Below, in pieces: positions 39,380 to 48,495 of a stretch of DNA of 64,000 nt. The notes beneath the pieces are model-generated. The model saw only the letters and a list, made by a program, of their open reading frames with translations, was not told where the DNA came from and made no database searches. Within the stretch, counting starts at the first letter, position 1, and every line of letters begins with the position of its first letter. Location of the stretch: contig CACOUL010000003.1 in the NCBI GenBank assembly GCA_902630355.1, forward strand, positions 14,284 to 78,283, given 5' to 3'. The translations under genes and the position numbers were made by a program. Source of the DNA: Planctomycetaceae bacterium (GTDB taxonomy: Bacteria > Planctomycetota > Planctomycetia > Pirellulales > UBA7805).

Positions 39380-39952
39380 TTGAAGGAAGGAAAAAAAGCT
39401 CTGCGGCGTTCGATGCGAGTTCTTCGAGACAAAATCGAAGACGAAGTACTCGAATACAAATCGCAGCAGATCTGCGAAAGCGTTTTGCGCATTCCCCAGG
39501 TAGTGGCTGCAAAGGTGATTTTTATTTACGTCTCATTCCGCAGCGAAGTGCAAACCCATGCACTCATCGATCGTTTGTTGACGCTCGATAAGCGAGTGTG
39601 TGTGCCGCACATCGACCGCAGTGACCGAATGCAGGCGGCCCTACTGGAAAATTGGCAGGCGATGAAGCCCAGCGCGTTCGGATTTCTTGAGCCCCAGGCA
39701 TGTGAATCGGAGCAAGGCGAGATCGGGGTATCGATCGTTCCCGGACTGGCCTTCACCCAGCAGGGTGTGCGATTGGGATACGGAAAGGGACACTACGATC
39801 GTTTCTTTTCATCGCGCCTTGGAGGGACGAAGATCGGCCTTGCGCTCGATGCCCAAATCGTCGAAGAGATACCGACAGAGCCTTTCGATTGCCCGATGGA
39901 CTTGGTGCAGACAGAGAGCAACTTGTTCGGCAGCGCCACTCAGATGTCGTAG
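39380..39952 (+). CDS. 5-formyltetrahydrofolate cyclo-ligase
   Basis: KKALRRSMRVLRDKI is at the N-terminus, and the C-terminal motif is PGLAFTQQGVRLGYGKGHYDRF. The ORF opens at ATG 39344 inside mtnA, and a TTG at 39380 just after the mtnA stop is an alternative, so the start is uncertain. The 3-prime end overlaps the glnA 3-prime end by 13 nt. Confidence 0.75.
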   Translation: MKEGKKALRRSMRVLRDKIEDEVLEYKSQQICESVLRIPQVVAAKVIFIYVSFRSEVQTHALIDRLLTLDKRVCVPHIDRSDRMQAALLENWQAMKPSAFGFLEPQACESEQGEIGVSIVPGLAFTQQGVRLGYGKGHYDRFFSSRLGGTKIGLALDAQIVEEIPTEPFDCPMDLVQTESNLFGSATQMS

Positions 39953-41376
39953 TACATACAAAACTCGAACGGGTGGGGGCGTACCCGGAGGGCGTCCACT
40001 TCGTTTTCCATTTTGTAGCGAATCCAGGTTTCAATGACATCTTCGGTAAAGACGTTGCCTCGCAGTAGAAATTCGTGATCCTGCCGTAGGGCATCCAGCG
40101 CGTCACCGAGTGATTCCGGCGTGGTCCGCAGAGACGTTTCTCGATCCGTCCCGAGTTCGTAGATATCCTCATCAAGTGGTTTGCCGGGATCAATTTTATT
40201 CTCGATCCCGTCCAACATGGCCATGAGGATGGCGGAAAATGCCAAGTATGGATTGCAACTCGGATCGGGACAGCGGAATTCAACCCGCTTTGATACGGGA
40301 CTGCTGCTGTACATAGGAATCCGGCATGCCGCACTCCGATTGCGCTGTGAATAGGCGAGGTTTACCGGCGCCTCGTAGCCGGGAACTAATCGTTTGTAGC
40401 TGTTGGTCGTCGGATTTGTGAACGCCAGCACACTTCCCGCATGGTGCAGCAATCCACCCATCGCCCAGAGGGCCAAATCGCTCAGTCCGGCATAGCCATT
40501 GCCGGCGAACAGCGGCTCTCCTTTTTTCCAGAGTGAAACGTGCGTGTGCATCCCTGAACCGTTGTCGCCAAAAATAGGTTTGGGCATGAAAGTAACCGAC
40601 TTGCCATGTTTTGTTGCAGTGTTTTTGACCGCATACTTGTAGATCATCATTTTGTCGGCCATCGCGACGAGTTCGTCGTATTGCAGATCGATCTCGGCTT
40701 GCCCTGCGGTACCGACCTCATGGTGCTGACATTCGACATCCAGACCCATCTGAATCATGGTCTGCATCATCTCATTGCGAATATCCATCATCTGGTCAGC
40801 AGGAGGTACGGGAAAATAACCCTCCTTGTGCCGCAGTTTGTATCCCAGGTTCGGCCCCTCTCCTGCGCTCCGCGTATCCTTTCCACGGTTCCATTCGCCC
40901 TCAACACTATCGACGAAGTAGTGACTGGCGTGCGCCGTCTGATCGAAGTGCACATCGTCAAAGATGAAGAATTCGGCTTCCGGACCGATGTAACACGTAT
41001 CTGCAATGCCGCTGTTTTTCAGATAGTGGATCGATTTCTTTGCCACATTACGCGGATCTCGACTGTAATCTTCGCGCGTAATAGGGTCCTGGATATTGCA
41101 AATAATTGCCAGGGTTGGAATGCTCGTAAACGGGTCAATGAAGGCGGTTTCGGGTTCCGGGACCACCAGCATGTCGCTCTCGTTGATCGCTTGCCAACCG
41201 CGGATGCTGGAACCGTCGAATCCCAGTCCGGAATCAAAAACAGATTCCTGAAGCTTATTGACTGGAATCGTGAAGTGTTGCCAGAGTCCTGGAAAATCCA
41301 TGAATCTCAGGTCGACCGCTTTGACATCTTTTTCTCGGCAGAGTGCCATGACTTCGCTTGGTGTCTTTGTCATCAC
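39940..41376 (-). CDS. glnA: glutamine synthetase, type I
   Basis: The N-terminal beta-grasp is VKAVDLRFMDFPGLWQHFTIP. Also present are FDGSSIRGWQAINESDMLVVP, the ATP site KPIFGDNGSGMHTHVSLW and NPTTNSYKRLVPGYEAP. Confidence 0.93.
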   Translation of the reverse strand: MMTKTPSEVMALCREKDVKAVDLRFMDFPGLWQHFTIPVNKLQESVFDSGLGFDGSSIRGWQAINESDMLVVPEPETAFIDPFTSIPTLAIICNIQDPITREDYSRDPRNVAKKSIHYLKNSGIADTCYIGPEAEFFIFDDVHFDQTAHASHYFVDSVEGEWNRGKDTRSAGEGPNLGYKLRHKEGYFPVPPADQMMDIRNEMMQTMIQMGLDVECQHHEVGTAGQAEIDLQYDELVAMADKMMIYKYAVKNTATKHGKSVTFMPKPIFGDNGSGMHTHVSLWKKGEPLFAGNGYAGLSDLALWAMGGLLHHAGSVLAFTNPTTNSYKRLVPGYEAPVNLAYSQRNRSAACRIPMYSSSPVSKRVEFRCPDPSCNPYLAFSAILMAMLDGIENKIDPGKPLDEDIYELGTDRETSLRTTPESLGDALDALRQDHEFLLRGNVFTEDVIETWIRYKMENEVDALRVRPHPFEFCMYYDI

Positions 41377-41571
41377 AAAATCCCATCAAGAAACCGCAGG
41401 GGGTGTGTATCGAACGATAGAGTCGAGGGGTCTCTCGGGGTGAGCAACATCACCGCAGATTACCCGTGTCACTACCAAGAGATCATCGTAGCGCATCGGT
41501 GTGCAAATGCAACCGGACGGAACGTTCCGGAAGATAAACTCCATCCATCGCTCGCAGGGCGACGTGAGATC

Positions 41572-43257
41572 TTAGCGAATGGCCACTTTTTCGCGGGCAG
41601 CATCGATCCCCGCACGGAGGATCGGATCTTTCTCGGGAAGAGGCGTGGCTCCAATCACCAACACAGGCTTCTCGGTTTGGTGTACGACCACATCAGGTTT
41701 GACCCCGATATTGCTGATAGGCTGACCGGTGGGGGAATAAAATTTGGCGGTCGTCAAGCGGAGGCCAGCACCGCAGCGGGCCAAGGGAAAAATTCCTTGG
41801 ACCGATCCTTTGCCGTAGCTTTGCCGTCCCACGAGCGTAGCACGCTGATGGTCGTGTACTGCGGCGGCGAAAATTTCACTCGCACTCGCGCTATTTTCAT
41901 CGACCAACACAACCAGCGGGAGTTCCCACGTACTCGAGCGACGTGCCGGGTAGTCATAGTCCTCCTGCGGACTACGTCCCCGAGTCGAAACAATCGTCCC
42001 TTGAGGAACAAATTTGTCTGCGACATCGACGGAGGCACTCAATAACCCGCCTGGATTTCCTCGCACGTCGATGACCAGGCTTTTCATACCTTGGTGGTAC
42101 AGCTTCCACAGCGCCTCATCGATTTCTCGACTGGTGCTTCGCTGAAAGCTTACTAATCGCAGGTAGCCGATTTTTTCATTTTCATCAATCAAGCAAACGC
42201 TGTCGACACTTGGTACTTCGACGTGGCGACGAACGAGCGATACGTTGCGGGCTGTCTGTTCTGGCGACGCGATCGACAGCTCAAGCCGACTGTTTTTCGG
42301 TCCTTGCAGAAGGCTGGCGGCCTGATCGGTTGAAAGATTGGTGGTTGGTGTTCCGTTGACGGAGAGAATGCGATCTCCCGCCTTGATATTGGCGACGGCT
42401 GCGGGACTCTTGGGAATAACCGACACGATAAGGAGTGCGTGATCGTCCGCTTTGAGCTCGATGCCGATTCCAACGAAATTTCCATCGATTTGGGAATAGA
42501 CATCTTGCAATTGATTTCCGGTCAAGTAGCAAGAATAGTTATCGAGGCCCCCGGAAGCACCAGCGACAAATTCGAGTATGACGGCCGTCTGAGAAACTCC
42601 GAGTTCCGCAGAGACAAGGGCAGCGGTCGCTGCGGCTGCGGAGACGGCGTCTTTCCGTGTCTTAATAACGCGTTCGCGATGGAGGCTCTGTAGTTTTTCT
42701 TCAATGCTTGCGATTTCGTGTTCGGTGATCGGTATTGTCGCTTCGCCAGTGGCTTGAACGCGGCCGATTGCTTGTTCCCGGAGCGCGACCTGCAGGCAAC
42801 GACTGCCTCGACTGACCAATAATTGCCAGTTCATATCGTGGACAAAATAGGAATCGACTTTGATGAGGACCTCTTCGTACAGTTCGACCGCCTGCTGCAT
42901 CGAAAGCGAATCGATCATTGCCTGGTAGCTTCGATCGTCGTATCGACGGCCCAGGTCATAATGAATTCGAGCCAGGTCCTGCTGACCTAGGAGTTTCTCT
43001 TCGTTGGGAAATCGCCTGATTGCCTTTTCATAGTGTGAAAGAGCTTCGCCCCATTTTTCTTGCTCTTCCAAATAGGCTCCCTGCTGCAGCAGGGTTGCCA
43101 GACTATGCTCGGAGTCGACAAATCGAATCTCTGACTCAACCGCCCGCGCGCTCGGGATCGCGTGGAAAGTAACCTGCAATCCCATGAGAAGGATTGCAAA
43201 GGAGAGAAAGCGGAAGGCGCGACGCAACGCAGCACTTTGAGAAGCAGAAATCGGCAT
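41572..43257 (-). CDS. S41-family C-terminal processing peptidase with N-terminal TPR-like region and PDZ domain
   Basis: A signal/TM N-terminus is followed by a PDZ-like segment (SPAAVANIKAGDRILSVNG). The peptidase core contains IDVRGNPGGLLSASVDVADKF, the Ser motif ENSASASEIFAAAV, and GKGSVQ. Confidence 0.85.
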   Translation of the reverse strand: MPISASQSAALRRAFRFLSFAILLMGLQVTFHAIPSARAVESEIRFVDSEHSLATLLQQGAYLEEQEKWGEALSHYEKAIRRFPNEEKLLGQQDLARIHYDLGRRYDDRSYQAMIDSLSMQQAVELYEEVLIKVDSYFVHDMNWQLLVSRGSRCLQVALREQAIGRVQATGEATIPITEHEIASIEEKLQSLHRERVIKTRKDAVSAAAATAALVSAELGVSQTAVILEFVAGASGGLDNYSCYLTGNQLQDVYSQIDGNFVGIGIELKADDHALLIVSVIPKSPAAVANIKAGDRILSVNGTPTTNLSTDQAASLLQGPKNSRLELSIASPEQTARNVSLVRRHVEVPSVDSVCLIDENEKIGYLRLVSFQRSTSREIDEALWKLYHQGMKSLVIDVRGNPGGLLSASVDVADKFVPQGTIVSTRGRSPQEDYDYPARRSSTWELPLVVLVDENSASASEIFAAAVHDHQRATLVGRQSYGKGSVQGIFPLARCGAGLRLTTAKFYSPTGQPISNIGVKPDVVVHQTEKPVLVIGATPLPEKDPILRAGIDAAREKVAIR

Positions 43258-43711
43258 ACCGTCAGACCCGCAGCAGTGAAAAACTATCGGTGGGAACGTT
43301 CGTACTCACGTGACCGTTTAATCAGGCGGGTCTACCTCCGGTCACCGAAACTCTACGTCACATTTCGACTTGCGTCAAAAAGTAAACCACAAATCTTTTT
43401 CTTCCCTGACCCGTGTAATCCCGATAGTCGTTACCGGGTGTACGATTTAGGAGCGTTTAGAACCTCTCAGCGTGAAAAGAAGAGTCAGGTAATATGTGTC
43501 ACTCGTAGTCGCTGTGTCCGGCATATCGATAATGCTGTTACCAGCCCCAAGTGGCCGGGGCATTCTTGCGCCGGGAAGAGAAAAATCAAGTGTTGCGATC
43601 GGCTAAAAATCGTGCCGGTTCGCAGCGGCCGCGGCGGGCCTCTATAATCGTTAAAAGTCGTACAAACTGGAGAATAGGCAAGTTCCGAACCGATACATGC
43701 CATAGTCTGTC

Positions 43712-43730
43712 TTGATCACTAAGTTGATCA
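43712..43730. promoter_or_regulatory. pair of TTGATCA heptamers (each containing the palindrome TGATCA) spaced 12 bp, upstream of cysH
   Basis: Read directly from the sequence as TTGATCActaagTTGATCA. It lies 50-68 bp upstream of the cysH ORF start. An operator role is only inferred. Confidence 0.25.
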
Positions 43731-43779
43731 TCATGGTGATTTCAGGTGTCTTAGGGGGTGCTGAAAATCGCCGTAACTG

Positions 43780-44571
43780 GTGAATGATTCAATGGATACA
43801 AACACTGATAGCCAGTCGGAGTCGTCGGAAGCATCGGCAGAGCGACTACTCTACACCGAAGACTTGGCCGCCGAATTGGCCGAGCACAGTCGACGGCTCG
43901 AGACGGCCGCGCCGGAAGAAATTATCGCCTGGTCAGTTGAGCGTTTTTTTCCTCGACTCACGATGGCCACCGCTTTCGGGCCCGAGGGCTGCGTTATTCT
44001 AGCATTGCTTGCAAAGATTGAACCGCGCACCCACGTTTTTAATCTCGATACGGGCTACCAATTCACCGAGACGCTCGAGCTTCGCGATCGGATTGCGGCG
44101 AAGTACGGGATCGAGGTTGAGCTCAAAAAGCCCGAACTTACAGTCGAGCAGTACGAGGCACAGCACGGTGGTCCCCTCCATCAAATCAATCCCGACCAGT
44201 GTTGTCACGATCGTAAGATCAAAATTCTTCATGATGCGGTAGTAGGGATGCATGCGTGGATGAGCGGCATCCGTCGCGATCAAAGTGCCGATCGAGCAAA
44301 GGCACCAATTGTCGGTTGGGATAAGCGGTTTGGGTTAGTGAAAATCAGCCCGCTCGCAAATCAAACGAAGTCGGACATTTGGAAGCGTATCCTCGAAGAG
44401 GGGATCCCTTACAATCCGCTCCACGATCAAGGGTACGTAAGTATCGGGTGTTGGCCGTGCACGCGAAAAACGAGTATTGGCGAGGATGAGCGGGCCGGCC
44501 GCTGGAGCGGTCAAGCGAAAACGGAGTGCGGGTTGCATTCGCTTGAATTCGAACAGGGTGGCGGTATTTAA
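43780..44571 (+). CDS. cysH: assimilatory (phospho)adenylyl-sulfate reductase, Fe-S type
   Basis: The PAPS-reductase fold is present with the C-terminal KTECGLH motif. The cysteine pairs CC (PDQCCHDRK) and CxxC (GCWPCT) mark the [4Fe-4S] APS-reductase subgroup by established knowledge. The ORF starts with GTG at 43780, and the first ATG is at 43792. Confidence 0.88.
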   Translation: MNDSMDTNTDSQSESSEASAERLLYTEDLAAELAEHSRRLETAAPEEIIAWSVERFFPRLTMATAFGPEGCVILALLAKIEPRTHVFNLDTGYQFTETLELRDRIAAKYGIEVELKKPELTVEQYEAQHGGPLHQINPDQCCHDRKIKILHDAVVGMHAWMSGIRRDQSADRAKAPIVGWDKRFGLVKISPLANQTKSDIWKRILEEGIPYNPLHDQGYVSIGCWPCTRKTSIGEDERAGRWSGQAKTECGLHSLEFEQGGGI

Positions 44572-44645
44572 GGGCACCCGCTCGTAAAGAGAGGGTCCGG
44601 ATTGATTGCGCCGAGGTGAAGTAGGAAAAGTGAAGGGAGCGGGAG

Positions 44646-45074
44646 ATGAACGTTTCGGCCAAAACGGAATATGCGTGCATTGCGATCCTCGAATTGGCGG
44701 CGCGCTATCATTCAACAGACCCGGCTCGCGTGCGCGATCTGGCAGAGGCCCACAACATTCCATCGCGTTTTCTGGTCCAAATTCTGCTGCAGATGAAAGC
44801 TTCCGGATTGGTTGTGAGTACCCGGGGCAAAACGGGCGGATATCATCTGATCCGCCCTCCCCACAAGATCACGTTGGCAGAAATCATGAACGCCGTGAAA
44901 AGCCCGTGTAATGGCACTCAAAAGGCGTGTAGGAAAAAGAGTCCTGCTGCCCGAACATTGCGACAGGTGTGGGACGAGGCACGCCAGGCCGAGCAGGAGG
45001 TCTTAGAATCGGTGACGGTCGCGGAGTTGCTTGATCACTCGCACCCGTCCAGTGGACCGATGTACTACATCTGA
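44646..45074 (+). CDS. Rrf2-family transcriptional regulator
   Basis: MNVSAKTEYACIAILELAARY ... IPSRFLVQILLQMKASGLVVSTRGKTGGYHL is a winged-helix Rrf2 signature. Confidence 0.85.
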   Translation: MNVSAKTEYACIAILELAARYHSTDPARVRDLAEAHNIPSRFLVQILLQMKASGLVVSTRGKTGGYHLIRPPHKITLAEIMNAVKSPCNGTQKACRKKSPAARTLRQVWDEARQAEQEVLESVTVAELLDHSHPSSGPMYYI

Positions 45075-45127
45075 TCCTCTTCGTGCTCTGGCGAACTCGC
45101 CTCTGTCGCGATTTCTCTTTGCGCGGC

Positions 45128-47221
45128 TCAAATGATGAGGCGTACACCACCAAGTTCGGCCAAACCGTACATCGTTTGGTCTCCCGGTGATCCGATGAAC
45201 ATAAAATTCTTAGGAATATTCCACTGCTTGGAAAGTTTTTCGATCAACTTGGGACCAAAGTCGCCTTCGATTATCACAAAGCTTATCTCGATGCTCGGAT
45301 AGGTTGCATTCAAAAAATCGAGGTTTTCTTTTAAATCGCTCGGAACCTGCTCTTCCTGATCAACGACCGTCACGATTTTGATCCGGTTTGTATGCTCATT
45401 ATTTTTGACATAGAGCATCGCCGTGTTGAGATTGGCAATGTTGTCTCCACGCGTGAAGAATACCACCTGCTGCGAGTTGATCTTTTCGATCATTTCCCGA
45501 ATCCATTGAGTGACCTTATAGAGAGGTTGGAGGAAACTACTGATCATATTCCGCAGGATAAACAGGCAGAATTTGAGCAGCGCAATCCGTCCGAGCATCA
45601 TCGAGACGATCAACACCGCTGGAAGAAAGTACCACAAGAAGGTCGCCACATTGGAGAGTCCGTCAGCGCCACCGATTTCGTAGAATTCTTTATGCGAATT
45701 ATCAATATTGAACCGTCCGGATTCGACGCGAATCGAAATATATGCGTCCGCCCCTTTTTCGAGGGTCGAAAAATTTAAAATTCCATTCGTGACTTCCGCC
45801 TCCACCCCAGTTTCGGAAGTAGCCTGATTCACTTGTTTCGCCAAATCGGAAAATTTTCCACCCTGCTCGACATACAGCGAGTGACTTCCTTCGTGCCCCG
45901 TAATTTTAATACGAGCATTATGAGTGAAGACGTTATTCTTGCCGGAGTGATATAGCTCCGCCGGGTGTTCCATGTAGACATTGCCTACCAGTCCCGCAAG
46001 AACTCCCAACAGGGCAACGATAACGTAAGACCATGGCGCAGTCGTCGGTCGCCGCAGTTTTTGGCGGAGTACCTTCAGTAGGATGTTACCCAAGCAGAAA
46101 AGCGCCATCACCGTCAGGAATGAAATTGTGTAGACCCCGGCCAGGGCTTCAAGTTCCCCTTGGGTGATCAATAAAATTGAGACAGAAAGCAGAAAGAACG
46201 CGATGATGATGCGGTGTGTTGTACCTCGTCGCGTCTCTTTGAGTAGAAATTGTGGAAGACAACGATCGAGCGCCATTCGGTGTACGAGTCCATTGACGCC
46301 GACGTAACTTGTAAGGACCGCTCCACTGAGCACGAGGACGGCATCGACGGAAATGATCCAACGCAGCCAATTCCCACGTCCGGCAATAAAGCCGATATTT
46401 GCCAGCAGCGCATTTTTATTGGCTCCGTTGAGTTCATCGAGCGGAATCAACGAGAGGGCAAGAATTGCCATCACCGGGTTAAAGATGGTGACGGCAATCC
46501 ACATGTTGCGTAGTGTTTTTGGAAAAACGCCCTCTGCCTGCTCCTCTACAAAATTTGCTGAACTTTCAAATCCTGAGATACCGAGGAGGGCGGCGGCGAA
46601 TCCGAAGAAGATTGCGACGAAAGGGTTGAAACCGGAGGGGGTCGCAAGGTTGGTCTCAAGGGTCGAAATGCCCTCGAAAAATACGAAAATCACACCTACC
46701 AAAACCAGCAGGGTCAAGCTTGCCAGATGAAAAATGAAAATATAGATCGCCACGGTAGCGGACTCGCTGATACCGATAATTGTCAGCACCATAAAAGTGG
46801 CAAGCAATCCAATCGTTAAGCCAATGATCGTCGGGTCGCTCCATTCCATCGGAAAGAGCCCCTGCAGATAATGGATCGCTTCGTTCGCCGAGAGTACGGC
46901 CGTGGCCATGTATGAAAGGATCGTCAGACAGGCGGCGAGGGAAGCCCTGAATTTACTGGTGGTGTTAAGCAACGCGTTGTAGGCGCCACCGTTGAGTGGC
47001 AAGGCACCGACCACCTCCGCATAGATGGGACGAAAGAGATAGAGCAATCCTCCAACGATCAGCAGGGCAAGCGGAGCCCAGCGTCCGGCTACGAGAATCG
47101 CCAGTGCGGAAACATACAGGCAGGAAGAGGTGATGTCGTTGCCGCAAATGGCGGTGGAGGCAAGTTGACCGAGGCCCCCCCGCTTGTGTTCAATCCCGTA
47201 TTGACTGTCACTATCACTCAT
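45128..47221 (-). CDS. APC-superfamily permease with inserted soluble module and C-terminal cytoplasmic-type domain
   Basis: The core of about 12 TM helices contains GNDITSSCLYVSA, GALPLNGGAY and GFESSANFVEE. An insert of about 100 aa follows, then one more TM helix, then an alpha/beta-like tail of about 150 aa (VVFFTRGDNIANL ... IKIVTVVD). The ORF extends to 47263, and ATG 47221 is an alternative start. Confidence 0.75.
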   Translation of the reverse strand: MSDSDSQYGIEHKRGGLGQLASTAICGNDITSSCLYVSALAILVAGRWAPLALLIVGGLLYLFRPIYAEVVGALPLNGGAYNALLNTTSKFRASLAACLTILSYMATAVLSANEAIHYLQGLFPMEWSDPTIIGLTIGLLATFMVLTIIGISESATVAIYIFIFHLASLTLLVLVGVIFVFFEGISTLETNLATPSGFNPFVAIFFGFAAALLGISGFESSANFVEEQAEGVFPKTLRNMWIAVTIFNPVMAILALSLIPLDELNGANKNALLANIGFIAGRGNWLRWIISVDAVLVLSGAVLTSYVGVNGLVHRMALDRCLPQFLLKETRRGTTHRIIIAFFLLSVSILLITQGELEALAGVYTISFLTVMALFCLGNILLKVLRQKLRRPTTAPWSYVIVALLGVLAGLVGNVYMEHPAELYHSGKNNVFTHNARIKITGHEGSHSLYVEQGGKFSDLAKQVNQATSETGVEAEVTNGILNFSTLEKGADAYISIRVESGRFNIDNSHKEFYEIGGADGLSNVATFLWYFLPAVLIVSMMLGRIALLKFCLFILRNMISSFLQPLYKVTQWIREMIEKINSQQVVFFTRGDNIANLNTAMLYVKNNEHTNRIKIVTVVDQEEQVPSDLKENLDFLNATYPSIEISFVIIEGDFGPKLIEKLSKQWNIPKNFMFIGSPGDQTMYGLAELGGVRLII

Positions 47222-47392
47222 AATTCGTGGAGGAAGGCAGCGAGAATTGGAAACGGAAGACAAACTCCGAGAGAAATGATAGCAGGCAGAACGAGGATGT
47301 GTCCATTGCGCCGGATGCGCGCAAGGGAGGAAGCAAATTCATGCCCAAAAGCCTCGGCATTCTTCGTCACGAATCCCCGAACGACGGTCCCG

Positions 47393-48301
47393 CTACGAGG
47401 AGTTGCCAACGACCCCGTCGCCGATCGTTCCAAGCGGGGCGATTTCCTCGGCGGGAGTGTCATTATCGATCGCGACGACGTGACCATCCAAGAAGACAAA
47501 CGGGGTACTCGCCGGATGGACTCCACCAAACCAACTATCTTTGTGAGCCCCCCCAACATTTTTCTCGTTGGGCAAGCCATTTTGAATCGTCGCAAAAATG
47601 GCATCGGGATTATCGCCGGCAAAAAAAGCAGTGTCCCCCGCAGCCCACGCATGCTGCCACGCTTCAACGACCCCGGTCTGACCGAATTCTAAAATGTGTC
47701 GCTGCCCAAACATGATGGTCTGGCTTTGACCATCTTTCACCTGTGACGGACGAACGCGCGAGTTGGTGTGAATGGCACCCGCTTTGGTAACGTCGAGCCC
47801 ACTCTCGTAGTTGTAGAGAATTTCCGATCCTGGGCACGCTGCATAATCGCCGCCTGCGGCGACTCCTTCGACTTGTGGTGAGGCATCGTCATTATCAAAA
47901 TTTCGATCGGCCTCGAACTGTCCTCGGGATGGACAAATAAATGTAGGAACAGGGGTGCGCATGGCGATCGCGTTTTCTTCATCGTCGACGCGAAATTCGT
48001 CATCAAAGGCGTTGAACAGCGATTCCTGGCCCAGGTACGGTAAAAGACGAAACGCCCATGAGACCGAATATTGTCTCGTGTCGTTGCGGCCCATCGGATA
48101 CCTCCGCCGGGCTTCGGAGAACTGCAATCCGGCCATACCGATTTGCTTCAGATTGTTCTGGCATTGCGTGTATCGTGCCGCCTCACGCACAGACGAAAGT
48201 GTCGGAATCAGGAGGGCGACGAGGATTCCCACGATGGCAATCACGACCAGCAATTCAACGAGCGTGAACCCGTTAATTTTTTTGGCTGTAGATGAAATCA
48301 T
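47393..48301 (-). CDS. DUF1559 protein with prepilin-type N-terminal cleavage/methylation motif
   Basis: The internal ATG at 48301 gives MISSTAKKINGFTLVELLVVIAIVGILVALLIP, a type IV pilin-like leader. The C-terminal FVFLDGHV motif is typical of planctomycetal DUF1559. Confidence 0.85.
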   Translation of the reverse strand: MISSTAKKINGFTLVELLVVIAIVGILVALLIPTLSSVREAARYTQCQNNLKQIGMAGLQFSEARRRYPMGRNDTRQYSVSWAFRLLPYLGQESLFNAFDDEFRVDDEENAIAMRTPVPTFICPSRGQFEADRNFDNDDASPQVEGVAAGGDYAACPGSEILYNYESGLDVTKAGAIHTNSRVRPSQVKDGQSQTIMFGQRHILEFGQTGVVEAWQHAWAAGDTAFFAGDNPDAIFATIQNGLPNEKNVGGAHKDSWFGGVHPASTPFVFLDGHVVAIDNDTPAEEIAPLGTIGDGVVGNSS

Positions 48302-48495
48302 CAAACAATCCGGAAAGGGACTCTGAACGATAGAAGAATGTCGGTTGGAGTTGCAACGAGGCGGGGCTGCTGGCGACCGGGCGGGTCGCAAAGCAACAGA
48401 GTTGCAACGTTTAATTAAACTTAACACAAAAAAACAACAGAGGTTCCCCGCTGTTGGGGGGATTCTCGTGAGTTCGTACGATTGAGAGAAGCCCT

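Noticed and set aside
40606-42045. A 479-aa ORF on the plus strand.
   Set aside because: It runs antisense to glnA and the S41 peptidase gene and straight across their intergenic gap. It has an Arg/Gly/His-rich composition and no motif, while both opposing genes are unambiguous. This is a typical shadow ORF of a GC-rich genome.
43520-43570. GCTGTTACCAG, which resembles the conserved part of the SRP (4.5S) RNA.
   Set aside because: The adjoining universally conserved GGAAGCAGCC element and a matching closing helix are absent, so the resemblance is probably chance.
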